Below are positions 8,747-19,557 of a DNA stretch of 64,000 nucleotides, piece after piece. Position 1 is the first letter of the stretch; every line of letters starts with the position of its first letter. Under the pieces are notes generated by a model. That model had not been told where the DNA came from. It did no database searches and was given only the letters and a program-made list of their open reading frames with translations. This DNA comes from an uncultured Acetatifactor sp. Its GTDB lineage: Bacteria; Bacillota; Clostridia; Lachnospirales; Lachnospiraceae. Location: NCBI GenBank assembly GCA_947625255.1, contig CANQNT010000014.1, positions 5,977-69,976 on the forward strand. Reading direction: 5' to 3'. The position numbers were made by a program, and so were the translations under genes.

Positions 8747-10630
8747 CTATTCGCTTCCCTTCAAAGCAGGATTGATCGCATCCCGCAATCCGTTTCCGAA
8801 CAGATTGAAAGAAATCATCATCAGTGCCATAACAACCGCCGGAAAAATAACCAGATTGGGATAAACTCCCAGATACGGCTGGTTGTTGGACATCATAACG
8901 CCAAAAGACTGCCGGCCCTGAAGCCCCAGGTTCAGATACGCCAAGGTCGCTTCAGAAAAGATACCGCTGGGAATCATCAGCACGCTGGAGGTAACAATGG
9001 TTCCCAGGGAATTCGGCAGAATATGCTTGAAAATCAGCCTTGCATCCGAGGAACCAAGGGTTCTGGATGCCAGCACGTACTCCCGCCCCTTAAAACGATA
9101 GAACTGCGTTCTGGTTCTGGAAGCCGTTCCAATCCACCCTGTCAAACACAATGCCAGCACAAAGGTGAAAAAATTGTTTCCAAGATGCAGAATACATATG
9201 GTCATAACCACAATCCAGGGCACACCACCCAAAATCTCGCAGAACCTTTCCATCCAGATGTCCACGTTTCCGCCAAAATAACCGGAAACAGAGCCCCATA
9301 CCAGACCAAAGCAGAAGCAGAATATCGCCGTGCACAGGCCCAGGATCAGAGAAGTCCGAAGTCCCGCGAAAGCCCGCTTAAACAGATCAAAGCCGGAAAC
9401 ATCCGTTCCGAACAGGAACTTCGGCATTTTATCATAACCCATCTTCTTGTATCCCCAGCCCCTGGCGGCAATACTGGAAAGCTTCTTGGTAATTCCCATG
9501 ACCTCCTGACTCTCTACCACATCAATAGGGCAGTCATCCGTCAGCTTCACAAAGGATTCCGGTCCTACCTTGTAATCGTAGCTGCAATATCCGGCTTCCA
9601 CCCAACTGTTCAGTTCCGAAGCCGAATAGGTCACCAAATCCGCGTCACCATATACCAACGCATAGGTATCCAAGGTATAATCACAGTAATAAATCCTGGA
9701 ATTATGGATTCCCTTTCGTCCGGTACATGACCAGTAGGAAAGATCGCTGACATCGCTTATATTGACGAAATCCGTAGCGTCCGTGAAAGAAATCTGAGCC
9801 AGTTCCTCCGTATTTAGCGCGGATTCATCAGCACTCAGTACGGCGCTCTCGATCAGGATGTACTGAAAACCGGTTGTAGCGGACTTTACTTCAAACACAA
9901 TCTGTCCCCGGAAAGAATCCAGTCCCGCAGCCCGAAGCGCGTCGCTCAGATTCACGGACAAAGGACTATAATCCCTGGAAAAATCCCGGAGCAGGATTTC
10001 CTCTTCCCCGGATTTTAAATAAACGGCATACTCTCCCAGCTGGGAATCGCTGACTCCATCCTCCTCCTGAAAGACCACATCCAGCCTATAATTTTTCACA
10101 GTATCAAAGGCAGCCGCTTTCGATGACATCAGTGCGTTCTTATTATCGATCGCCGCATCCGTGGCCAGCACGACCACGCCTCCCTCCCCGTAAGGATTGG
10201 CCGCGTCAATCATGGTGGGTTCCGGGTCCACCGTAATCTTTACCAATGCGGCCCTGATAGCCGCATTGGAATATTTTTCGGACAAAGCGGGAATCTGGTT
10301 CTCCACATCATACACGACCCGCTTATATTTCCTCGTGCCGTCCCAGAAGCCCGTTCCGACCTCAAAAAGCTTGGGGGCCAGAAACGCTTCCGCAGAACGA
10401 ACCGTCGTTATGTTCGCTTTCGAAAGCAATGGTACAAAGATTGTCAGCAGGATCAACACGCCCAGAATATAGCTTCCAGCCACAGAGGCCTTATTCTTCC
10501 GGAATCGCCTGAGCGCGTCCCTGAAAAAAGTGGTGGGCTTTGTTTCCAGCTTTGTGTCAGTGACACGCTTGTCTTTCTGGATCAGGACGAAATCATCTTC
10601 CTGAAAGACTCTTTTCTTTTCATCATCCAT
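8747..10630 (-). CDS. oppC: Oligopeptide ABC permease OppC with a large extracellular insertion (627 aa)
   Basis: OppC N-terminus FRKNKAS, FGTDVSGFDLF, EAA loop EYVLASRTLGSS..HILPNSL. Confidence 0.88.
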   Translation of the reverse strand: MDDEKKRVFQEDDFVLIQKDKRVTDTKLETKPTTFFRDALRRFRKNKASVAGSYILGVLILLTIFVPLLSKANITTVRSAEAFLAPKLFEVGTGFWDGTRKYKRVVYDVENQIPALSEKYSNAAIRAALVKITVDPEPTMIDAANPYGEGGVVVLATDAAIDNKNALMSSKAAAFDTVKNYRLDVVFQEEDGVSDSQLGEYAVYLKSGEEEILLRDFSRDYSPLSVNLSDALRAAGLDSFRGQIVFEVKSATTGFQYILIESAVLSADESALNTEELAQISFTDATDFVNISDVSDLSYWSCTGRKGIHNSRIYYCDYTLDTYALVYGDADLVTYSASELNSWVEAGYCSYDYKVGPESFVKLTDDCPIDVVESQEVMGITKKLSSIAARGWGYKKMGYDKMPKFLFGTDVSGFDLFKRAFAGLRTSLILGLCTAIFCFCFGLVWGSVSGYFGGNVDIWMERFCEILGGVPWIVVMTICILHLGNNFFTFVLALCLTGWIGTASRTRTQFYRFKGREYVLASRTLGSSDARLIFKHILPNSLGTIVTSSVLMIPSGIFSEATLAYLNLGLQGRQSFGVMMSNNQPYLGVYPNLVIFPAVVMALMMISFNLFGNGLRDAINPALKGSE

Positions 10631-11667
10631 TATTTCTTCGCCCCCATTCTGATCCTCGGATCAATAAAGCCGTAGGACAGATCCAGCAGAATCCCCGCCA
10701 GAAGGCCTAACGTAGTGAAAATCGCCATATCCACAAACAGAATATCATAATCCTTGTAATTGAGTGCCAGAACAAAGAGCTTGCCGATTCCGGGGATGCT
10801 GTAAAGCTGCTCCAAAATCATGGAACCGCCCAGAATCCCGATAAACTCCGCCAGAATCGAAGGGAAAATCGGCACCATGGCATTTTTCAGGGCGTGGCGG
10901 ATGATCGCCTGCCGCCTTGTCAGCCCCTTGGTGCGGGCAAGCAACAGATAGTCGCTCTCCATGACCTCACACAGCTCCGCCCTGGTAAAACGGCAATAGC
11001 CGCAGATAGAGCCGAAAGACAAGCAAAATACAGGAATAATATATCCTTTTACTTTCATGAGCGTAGTGGCGGATTCCGTAGGCCACGCACTGGGGAGCCA
11101 GCCCAGATTATAGGCAAACACCCGCAGCACAAAGGAGATCAGTACAAAACTTGGTATTGAGATAAAGACCATGACCAACGTGGAAATCGTGTGGTCCGTC
11201 ATTGTATTCTTCTTCAGAGCCGCCCATATTCCCAGCAAAATGCCGATGGGCACGGAAAAAATCACGGAGAAAATATTCAGTCGGATGGAATATCCGATTC
11301 GGGAACCGATAATGACCGCGGCGGACACGTTCGGCTGAAAGGTTTTGCTGTAGCCCCAGTCCCATTTGGTAAGAATATTCTTCAGCCAGTTGACATACTG
11401 CGTCATCACCGGCACCTGATAATAGTAATTCGCGCGGCCATGATCCGTAGGCGACTTATACAGATAATCACCGTATTGGGGCTGTTCATGGTCCACCCGG
11501 TAAACATAGCCCAGAGCGTACTGCTTGTCAAAATAAGCGATCTGCTGGGCGTCTCCCCCGATCGGCCTGTTGAACGGGAGGAGCTTAACCATAATAAAGG
11601 TCAAGGAAAGTATGATGTATGCCGTCATAAACGCCAGGAAAATTCTTTTCGCTACATATTTCGCCAT
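10630..11667 (-). CDS. oppB: Oligopeptide ABC permease OppB
   Basis: DWGYS, EAA loop DYLLLARTKGL..HALKNAMVP, EQLYSIPGIGKLF. Confidence 0.9.
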   Translation of the reverse strand: MAKYVAKRIFLAFMTAYIILSLTFIMVKLLPFNRPIGGDAQQIAYFDKQYALGYVYRVDHEQPQYGDYLYKSPTDHGRANYYYQVPVMTQYVNWLKNILTKWDWGYSKTFQPNVSAAVIIGSRIGYSIRLNIFSVIFSVPIGILLGIWAALKKNTMTDHTISTLVMVFISIPSFVLISFVLRVFAYNLGWLPSAWPTESATTLMKVKGYIIPVFCLSFGSICGYCRFTRAELCEVMESDYLLLARTKGLTRRQAIIRHALKNAMVPIFPSILAEFIGILGGSMILEQLYSIPGIGKLFVLALNYKDYDILFVDMAIFTTLGLLAGILLDLSYGFIDPRIRMGAKK

Positions 11668-11700
11668 AGTTTTCCCCTTATTTCTTTATCTGTTTAAAAA

Positions 11701-11736
11701 GTAATGCGGCCGGCAGTCCAAGTCCAGCCGCATTAC
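11701..11736 (-). terminator. Hairpin between oppA and oppB
   Basis: GTAATGCGGC/GCCGCATTAC 10-bp stem followed by TTTTT on the minus strand. Confidence 0.65.
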
Positions 11737-11787
11737 CCTTGTGAAAAATGTCAAATCCTGTCGATCAGATTGATCCGAAGCCCGCGC

Positions 11788-14577
11788 TTACTCCACTACG
11801 AAATTATCATTGGTGGAATAGTAGTTGCCGGCGCTCGCCTTGCCAGCCAGCTCGTAATCATAGTAGAAGTCAAAGCCGGTAGCGCCCTGAGGATCCTCGG
11901 AGGTGCCGTTGCCGTTCACATAAGTCGCCGCCAATTCCGCGGGAACGGTAAAGGTTACATAGGTAACGCCGTTTCCTTTATCCTCGACAGTAAACTCAAC
12001 AGACTCTTCCTCGTACTCGCCGTCGCCGTTGTTGTAACGCTCATAGTCGCAGCAAACGACATCCGTTACGGTCAGGGTCGTATCATCAGGCAGAGCAGCG
12101 GTGATCTCCATGGCTCCGCTGTAGGTCCCGTCGTCATTCTTCTTGATCGGCTCATAATTGAACGCGAAGATATCCTTGCTGTCGCCATCGTTTACGATCG
12201 CCTGGGTATTGGCAGCCAGATAGAGCGCGTCAAAGGAGAAGCGCTGACCGTCATACACGATAGGATATGCGTTCGCATCGTTGGTATCGGTACCCCAGTT
12301 CAAAGTAAAGCTGTTGGACAGCTCCTGGTTGGAGGACAGAACGCTCATGAAATCCAGAGGATTCAGAGAGTTGCCGGTGACGGAACCGAAGCCCAGATCA
12401 AACTGTCCCACCATCATCTTGTTGTAGTAAACGTCAGACCACTCATTGCCTACCCAGAACTCAACGTTCAGCTTGTACTTTCCGCCGGAAACGCTGGCGT
12501 CATTGAACGCGGTCTCCAGATAAGCCTTGATCTCGTTGTGATAATTCTCTTCATGCTGAGGATACATCCACGCAACCTCAAGCTTGATCTCCGTAGGCGC
12601 ATCCGCCGTTCCGGGAGTATAAGCGCCGTCGGCCTCCAGCTCGGTAAGGGCTACACGGAAGTAATCTCTTGCAAGCTCCAGGGAGTAACCGGCGCCGTCC
12701 GTTCCCTCGGTCAAAGGAGCGATAACCTTGGCGTGTACGTCAGAGTTATCATAGGAAAGGCCCTCTTCCGGATCCCACAGATAGTTGGTAGAGAAATAGT
12801 TTACGGAAGCGATGCTGCCTCTGGCGTTGGCAAAGGTGTTGCGGTCAATGGAAAGAAGCAGACCCTGTCTGAAGTGAGAGTTGCCAAGAGCGGGCTCAAC
12901 CTCCCAATATTCAGCGGCGGGAGTCTGGGTCACGGTACCGTTCTCACCGAACATCTGCTCCCAGCCTTCCTCGTTCAGGGCGTTCATGTTCAGCTTAAAT
13001 ACGGAATCACCGGTGGTCTTTCTGGCACGGGGATCGTTGCGGAACTCATCCAGTCTGGTCTGAGGAATGCTCGCCACATCCGTATGACCCGCCAGGAACT
13101 CGTTAAAGGAAGCCTCGCTGTCCTCTGCGGCCGCAGGGAAGATACGGATATGCACGCCCTCGATGTTGTACTTGGTATCGGCGAACACATAGTTGGGATT
13201 CTTCTTATATACGATTTCCTGATCCTGGTTGTAAGCTTCCAGATAGTAGGAACCCAGAGCCAGGGAATTGTCCACAGGGGTCTCCGTCGCATCCAGATTG
13301 AAGCCCAGATAATTCTGTACGGTTACAAGATCCAGGAAATCCTGGGGGATCGGCATATACAAAGAACCGTTGCAGTAATACATGGCATAGAAAGGAGTCA
13401 TCTCCTGAGTGTACTCGATCTCCAGATAGCTCTTGCCATCCTCTTCGTAGGCCTTGATGCCTACCTTGTCCCACAGCTCCTGATTGAAGCCGTTGGCCGT
13501 ACCGTCATAGAACGCTTTCACGCCTACGATGGCTCCGGTGGTGTTGTTGGCCATCTCGGAACCACGGAACAGCTGATTGGACTGGGTAAGAAGCAGCTTA
13601 TAAGGGGTCAGGTAATCCTCCAGGGCAACCTCCCTGTTGTTGAACGCCTGACGGGACTCCAGCTGGGAACCGGTGGTATATTTCAAGCCTTCCTTACCGG
13701 TGCGGACCTGGAATCTCCACTTGGTGGCGGTGCCGTTGCCATCGTCATCGTTCAGAGCCACGGGCTTCTCCATAGCAAGTTCAGGCACCCAATCATATCC
13801 ATCCTTGGTCGCATTCATGAAATTCGTAAAGTAAGAGGCAGCGATATAGCTGTAGAAATCGCTTACCTCAGAACCCTGATCGTTCAGATAATTCAGGGTT
13901 CCGGGATCACTGGCGTTCAGAGTGTGATAATACCGTTTCCATGCGGCATTGCTCTCATAGTCCAGATCCGCCGTGATGCTGCCCTCTGCCAGCGTACCGA
14001 AACCGTAGCCGGGAATGTAGTTCTCCGTTCCCAGGGTCACACGCTCGTTGAACAGCTCGGTAACACCGTTTTCAAACAGAGGCAGACCGGCGGTACCGGT
14101 TCTGTACGCATAGGTCTCCAGAACGCCCAGCATCTCCAGACGCTCCTGGTTGTCTCTGTCGGAATAGGAAATCATGCCGTTCGCGGTGGGAATGCAGTCC
14201 AGGATCGCCTGGTACGCGGCATCATAAGCCTTCTGCACGTCCACTACCGTGCCGGCCGCAGCGATCGCTTCTTTTCCGGAAGCCACCGCGGCATCCACCG
14301 CCGTCTTCTCCTCCGCAGTCAGCTGTTCTGAAATGTCAGTAACAATCTGATCCAGATCGTTGCTGATATACGCCTTGTAATCGTCCGCGTCTATGTATGC
14401 GCCGTCCCAGGTGTCGTTTACCTCCGGAGTCGACTCGGACTCTGCGGGCGTTGAAGAAGGCGTAGACTCAGAACTTTCGGCAGACGACTGCTCGCTGCTG
14501 CCGTCGTTACCGCCGCACGCGGCCAGGCCAAAGACCATCGCAGCAGCAAGCAGTAAACACAATACTTTCTTCTTCAT
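11788..14577 (-). CDS. oppA: Peptide ABC substrate-binding lipoprotein (SBP family 5), 929 aa
   Basis: Lipobox LAAC, DPGTLNY, YDWVPELA, LALGSYYL..YKKNPNY, and position first in the opp operon. Confidence 0.82.
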   Translation of the reverse strand: MKKKVLCLLLAAAMVFGLAACGGNDGSSEQSSAESSESTPSSTPAESESTPEVNDTWDGAYIDADDYKAYISNDLDQIVTDISEQLTAEEKTAVDAAVASGKEAIAAAGTVVDVQKAYDAAYQAILDCIPTANGMISYSDRDNQERLEMLGVLETYAYRTGTAGLPLFENGVTELFNERVTLGTENYIPGYGFGTLAEGSITADLDYESNAAWKRYYHTLNASDPGTLNYLNDQGSEVSDFYSYIAASYFTNFMNATKDGYDWVPELAMEKPVALNDDDGNGTATKWRFQVRTGKEGLKYTTGSQLESRQAFNNREVALEDYLTPYKLLLTQSNQLFRGSEMANNTTGAIVGVKAFYDGTANGFNQELWDKVGIKAYEEDGKSYLEIEYTQEMTPFYAMYYCNGSLYMPIPQDFLDLVTVQNYLGFNLDATETPVDNSLALGSYYLEAYNQDQEIVYKKNPNYVFADTKYNIEGVHIRIFPAAAEDSEASFNEFLAGHTDVASIPQTRLDEFRNDPRARKTTGDSVFKLNMNALNEEGWEQMFGENGTVTQTPAAEYWEVEPALGNSHFRQGLLLSIDRNTFANARGSIASVNYFSTNYLWDPEEGLSYDNSDVHAKVIAPLTEGTDGAGYSLELARDYFRVALTELEADGAYTPGTADAPTEIKLEVAWMYPQHEENYHNEIKAYLETAFNDASVSGGKYKLNVEFWVGNEWSDVYYNKMMVGQFDLGFGSVTGNSLNPLDFMSVLSSNQELSNSFTLNWGTDTNDANAYPIVYDGQRFSFDALYLAANTQAIVNDGDSKDIFAFNYEPIKKNDDGTYSGAMEITAALPDDTTLTVTDVVCCDYERYNNGDGEYEEESVEFTVEDKGNGVTYVTFTVPAELAATYVNGNGTSEDPQGATGFDFYYDYELAGKASAGNYYSTNDNFVVE

Positions 14578-15040
14578 AACTTTGTTCCTCCTTTTTGGAA
14601 TCTACATATTTTCGGAATCCTCAGTTGTCCGCCGGCCATATCATACAGGAACTGGCGCATTCTTTTCCCATACAATATTCAGTTATGAAATTTCCTTAAG
14701 GCTCTTCCCAAGGACTTCGAAAACATATACTATGTATCTTTAACCCATAAAACGCGCCATCACTTTCTGATTATATGAAAAAAAGCAACATTTTATCGGG
14801 TTAAATTCAAATAAATGTTAAACTCTTGTGACGCGGGAAAAATACTTGTCCGAGATTCCCCACCCCACTAGGTTATTATTATAAAGACAATAAAAACGAT
14901 TGTCAAGACGTTTTATCATTTTTTATGCAAGAATGTCCGCGCTGCCCGATCGGATATGTCTGAAACGCGGACATTCTTGTTTTTCTATGAATTTATTATA
15001 AAATCGGCATGAAATTGGTATAAAATTCATATAAAATATT

Positions 15041-16474
<1,434 letters not shown>

Positions 16475-16499
16475 TCATGCAGCGTTTCCGGGGATGTTT

Positions 16500-17525
16500 T
16501 TATTCGTATGCTTTTCCCGCCAGAATCTCTCGGTAATCCTGATAGTTCTTCTGAAGCAGAGTCGGCGTGTCCAGACCATATGGGCATTTGGCTTTGCACT
16601 GGTTGCAGTGCAGGCATTTTTCAATCAGCTTCATTTTCTCCTGGGCCTGAGGTGTGAGCTGCGCCGCCGAAGGGGAACGGCGGATCAGCAGGCTCATACG
16701 GGCGCAATTGTTAATCTCAATTCCCACCGGACAAGGCATGCAATAACCGCAGCCCCTGCAGAAATCACCCAGCAGCTCCTGCCGATCCCTGGCAATCACC
16801 GCTTCGAGCTCGTCCGTCATGACAGGGGGATTGTCAATATAGGAAAGGAACTCGTCCAATTCCTTTTCCCGCTGGATACCCCAGATGGGCAGCACATTAT
16901 CATACTGGGCCAAAAAGGCATAGGCCGCGGCGGAATTGGTGATCAGGCCGCCGGATAAGGCTTTCATCGCCACAAAGCCCATATTGGCCTTTTTACACTT
17001 ATCCACCAGCTCCAATTCCTTTTCCGTGGCCAGATAGCAGAACGGAAACTGCAGCGTCTCATACAAACCGCTGTCGACAGCCTCATGGGCTACGTTCAGG
17101 CGATGATTGGTGATACCGATATGGCGAATCTTCCCCTGAGCCTTAGCCTCCAGCATGGCTTCGTATAAACCGCTGCCATCTCCCGGCTTTGGGCAAAAGG
17201 CAGGATTATGGAACTGGTAAACATCAATATAATCCGTTCTTAAATTGCGCAGGGAAGTCTCCAAATCTTTCCAAAATCCCTCCGCCGTGACAGAGCCGGT
17301 CTTGGTAGCGATATAAACCTTTTCTCTCATCCCGTCAAAGGCTTCTCCCAACTTTTCCTCGCTGTCCGTGTACCACCTGGCCGTGTCATAATAGGTGATG
17401 CCATGGGCATATGCCTTGCGCAAAAGTCCTACGGCCGCCTCTTTGGAAATGCGCTGAATGGGCAGCGCCCCAAAGGAATTCTTTTCCACCGTGATTCTGG
17501 TAGAACCCAATGTAACCATCGTCAT
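16500..17525 (-). CDS. Aldo/keto reductase with C-terminal 4Fe-4S dicluster domain
   Basis: FGALPIQR, YDTARWY, ATKTG, plus CRGCGYCMPCP and CLHCNQCKAKCP. Confidence 0.88.
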   Translation of the reverse strand: MTMVTLGSTRITVEKNSFGALPIQRISKEAAVGLLRKAYAHGITYYDTARWYTDSEEKLGEAFDGMREKVYIATKTGSVTAEGFWKDLETSLRNLRTDYIDVYQFHNPAFCPKPGDGSGLYEAMLEAKAQGKIRHIGITNHRLNVAHEAVDSGLYETLQFPFCYLATEKELELVDKCKKANMGFVAMKALSGGLITNSAAAYAFLAQYDNVLPIWGIQREKELDEFLSYIDNPPVMTDELEAVIARDRQELLGDFCRGCGYCMPCPVGIEINNCARMSLLIRRSPSAAQLTPQAQEKMKLIEKCLHCNQCKAKCPYGLDTPTLLQKNYQDYREILAGKAYE

Positions 17526-17800
17526 CTGATCTTACTCCTAACTAATTTTGCTTTCATTATACTTTAATTTTACTTTAACGCCGGCAGGGACCTGCCGGTC
17601 ATCTCCGCGGCAGCGCGGAGCCCGGCCCTTGTCCGAGTCGCTTTTTCATTATACACTTAAACCAGGATAGGCGCAAGAGCCAAATCAGGATTGGGGGAGA
17701 ATCTGAAATTTAGGGGTTGTAATTTATAGACGAAAGTCATAAAATAATGGGAACACGCTGAAATACATAGTTATTTTACAGGTATCGGCAAGGAGGAATT

Positions 17801-18961
17801 ATGGTTGATTTGTTGGCGCGTTTCCTGATCCGAAACAAAGATGATGTGTCCTCGCCGCAGGTGCGGCAGGCTTATGGTTTTTTATGCGGAGCCGTCGGAA
17901 TCGGACTTAATCTGCTTCTGTTTCTTGGAAAGTTTCTTGGAGGCATACTGAGTCATTCGATTGCCATTACGGCCGATGCCTTTAACAATCTGTCGGATGC
18001 CGGTTCTTCCATAATTACGATGATCGGATTTCATATGGCAGGACAAAAGCCGGATCCGGACCATCCCTTTGGGCACGGGCGAGTGGAATATATTTCCGGC
18101 CTGCTGGTGTCAGTAGTGATTCTGATCATGGCATTCGAACTTTTGAAATCTTCCGTGGGAAAAATCCTGCATCCGGAGCAGCCGGAATTCTCGCCCCTGC
18201 TTTTAGGAATTTTGGCGGCTTCCATCCTTGTAAAATGTTACATGGCGTATTACAACAGGAAAATCGGGGACAAAATCAATTCTGCGGCCATGAAGGCAAC
18301 GGCCGTTGACAGCCTGAGCGATACCGTGGCGACCGGAGTGGTGCTGCTTTCCACCATCGTGGGACACTTAAGCAATTTGCAGATCGACGGTTACTGCGGC
18401 GTCATCGTGGCGCTTTTTATCGGCTACGCAGGAATTGACGCAGCCAAGGACACCATCAGTCTTCTGGTAGGGCAGGCACCGGATCCCCAGTTCGTTGCCC
18501 AGGTGCGCTCCCTGGTGCTCTCCTATCCCAATATTCTGGGAGTTCACGATTTGATCGTGCATAATTACGGCCCTGGACGTACCCTGATTTCCCTTCACGC
18601 GGAAGTCCCCTCGGACGGAGACATGCTGAATCTCCACGAAACCATCGACGGCATTGAACACGATCTGCTCAATCGCCTCCATTGTCACGCGGTCATCCAT
18701 ATGGACCCCGTCCGCGTCGGAGATGAGGAAACGTCGCAGGTAAAAGGTTGGGTACAGGATATTTTGACAAATCTGGATCCCGCCATCACCCAGCACGATT
18801 TCCGGCTGGTCAAATGTACCTCTCACACAAAGGTGGTTTTCGATATTTCCGTGCCCTATCGGGTGAAGTTGTCGGACGAAGCGCTCATAGAGGCGATTTC
18901 CTCCCAACTTTGCAGGGAGCATCCCCATTACCTCGCCAAAATCGACGTGGATAGAGTATAA
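17801..18961 (+). CDS. Cation diffusion facilitator (CDF) family transporter
   Basis: ADAFNNLSDAGSS, PDPDHPFGHGRVEY, DSLSD, HDLIVHNYGPG. Confidence 0.92.
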   Translation: MVDLLARFLIRNKDDVSSPQVRQAYGFLCGAVGIGLNLLLFLGKFLGGILSHSIAITADAFNNLSDAGSSIITMIGFHMAGQKPDPDHPFGHGRVEYISGLLVSVVILIMAFELLKSSVGKILHPEQPEFSPLLLGILAASILVKCYMAYYNRKIGDKINSAAMKATAVDSLSDTVATGVVLLSTIVGHLSNLQIDGYCGVIVALFIGYAGIDAAKDTISLLVGQAPDPQFVAQVRSLVLSYPNILGVHDLIVHNYGPGRTLISLHAEVPSDGDMLNLHETIDGIEHDLLNRLHCHAVIHMDPVRVGDEETSQVKGWVQDILTNLDPAITQHDFRLVKCTSHTKVVFDISVPYRVKLSDEALIEAISSQLCREHPHYLAKIDVDRV

Positions 18962-18976
18962 TACAAAGGAGTCTCT

Positions 18977-19408
18977 ATGAAAAAAACAGAAGAAAACAGG
19001 CTCAGGGAAGCTGAGCGGCGACGGCTGGCCGCCTTGGAAAAGCGTTATCGAGAGGCCGCCAGAACCTATTTTACGGCAAGAGTCGCTTATTATCATACCC
19101 TGACGGGAGGCCAATATACCTCTATCACCATCCGGGATCAGAAAAGCCGCTGGGGAAGCTGCTCCTCCCGGGGAACCCTTTCCTTTAATTACCGTCTCCT
19201 TTTCGCCCCTCCCAGAGTGCTGGATTATGTGGTGGTTCATGAACTCTGCCATCTGACCCATATGGATCATTCCAAAAACTTCTGGGCCATGGTAGAACGG
19301 ATCATGCCGGACTACCGCGTCTATCGGGACTGGCTGCGCGATCACGGCCAGGAACTGACTCTGGAAAAATATCTGCAGCGAAAGGGGATTCCCCACAGCC
19401 TGTCGTAA
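18977..19408 (+). CDS. YgjP/DUF45-like M48 family metalloprotein
   Basis: QKSRWGSCSS and VVVHELCHLTHMDHSKNFW (HExxH). Confidence 0.85.
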   Translation: MKKTEENRLREAERRRLAALEKRYREAARTYFTARVAYYHTLTGGQYTSITIRDQKSRWGSCSSRGTLSFNYRLLFAPPRVLDYVVVHELCHLTHMDHSKNFWAMVERIMPDYRVYRDWLRDHGQELTLEKYLQRKGIPHSLS

Positions 19409-19452
19409 CAAACAGCGGATGCCGCCAGGCGCGGTATCCGCTGTTTGTTACG
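19404..19452. terminator. Bidirectional terminator between converging genes
   Basis: Perfect 17-bp stem CGTAACAAACAGCGGAT/ATCCGCTGTTTGTTACG. Confidence 0.75.
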
Positions 19453-19557
19453 ATCTCTGATGCTGTTTTCTCCAGTGCTATTTTCTCAGATGCCATTTTC
19501 CCGGCTATCTGTCAGGCACTTTCATCCGTCATCCGCCGGGCACTATCACCGACAGAA

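Noticed and set aside
11704-14331. 875-aa plus-strand ORF and other long antisense ORFs (e.g. 2799-4154, 5975-7267, 6879-8321, 60513-62039)
   Set aside because: They mirror well-supported minus-strand genes, have no recognisable motifs or RBS, and are expected from codon bias in GC-rich genes.
14607-14621. CodY box upstream of oppA
   Set aside because: Five mismatches to consensus; not distinguishable from AT-rich background.
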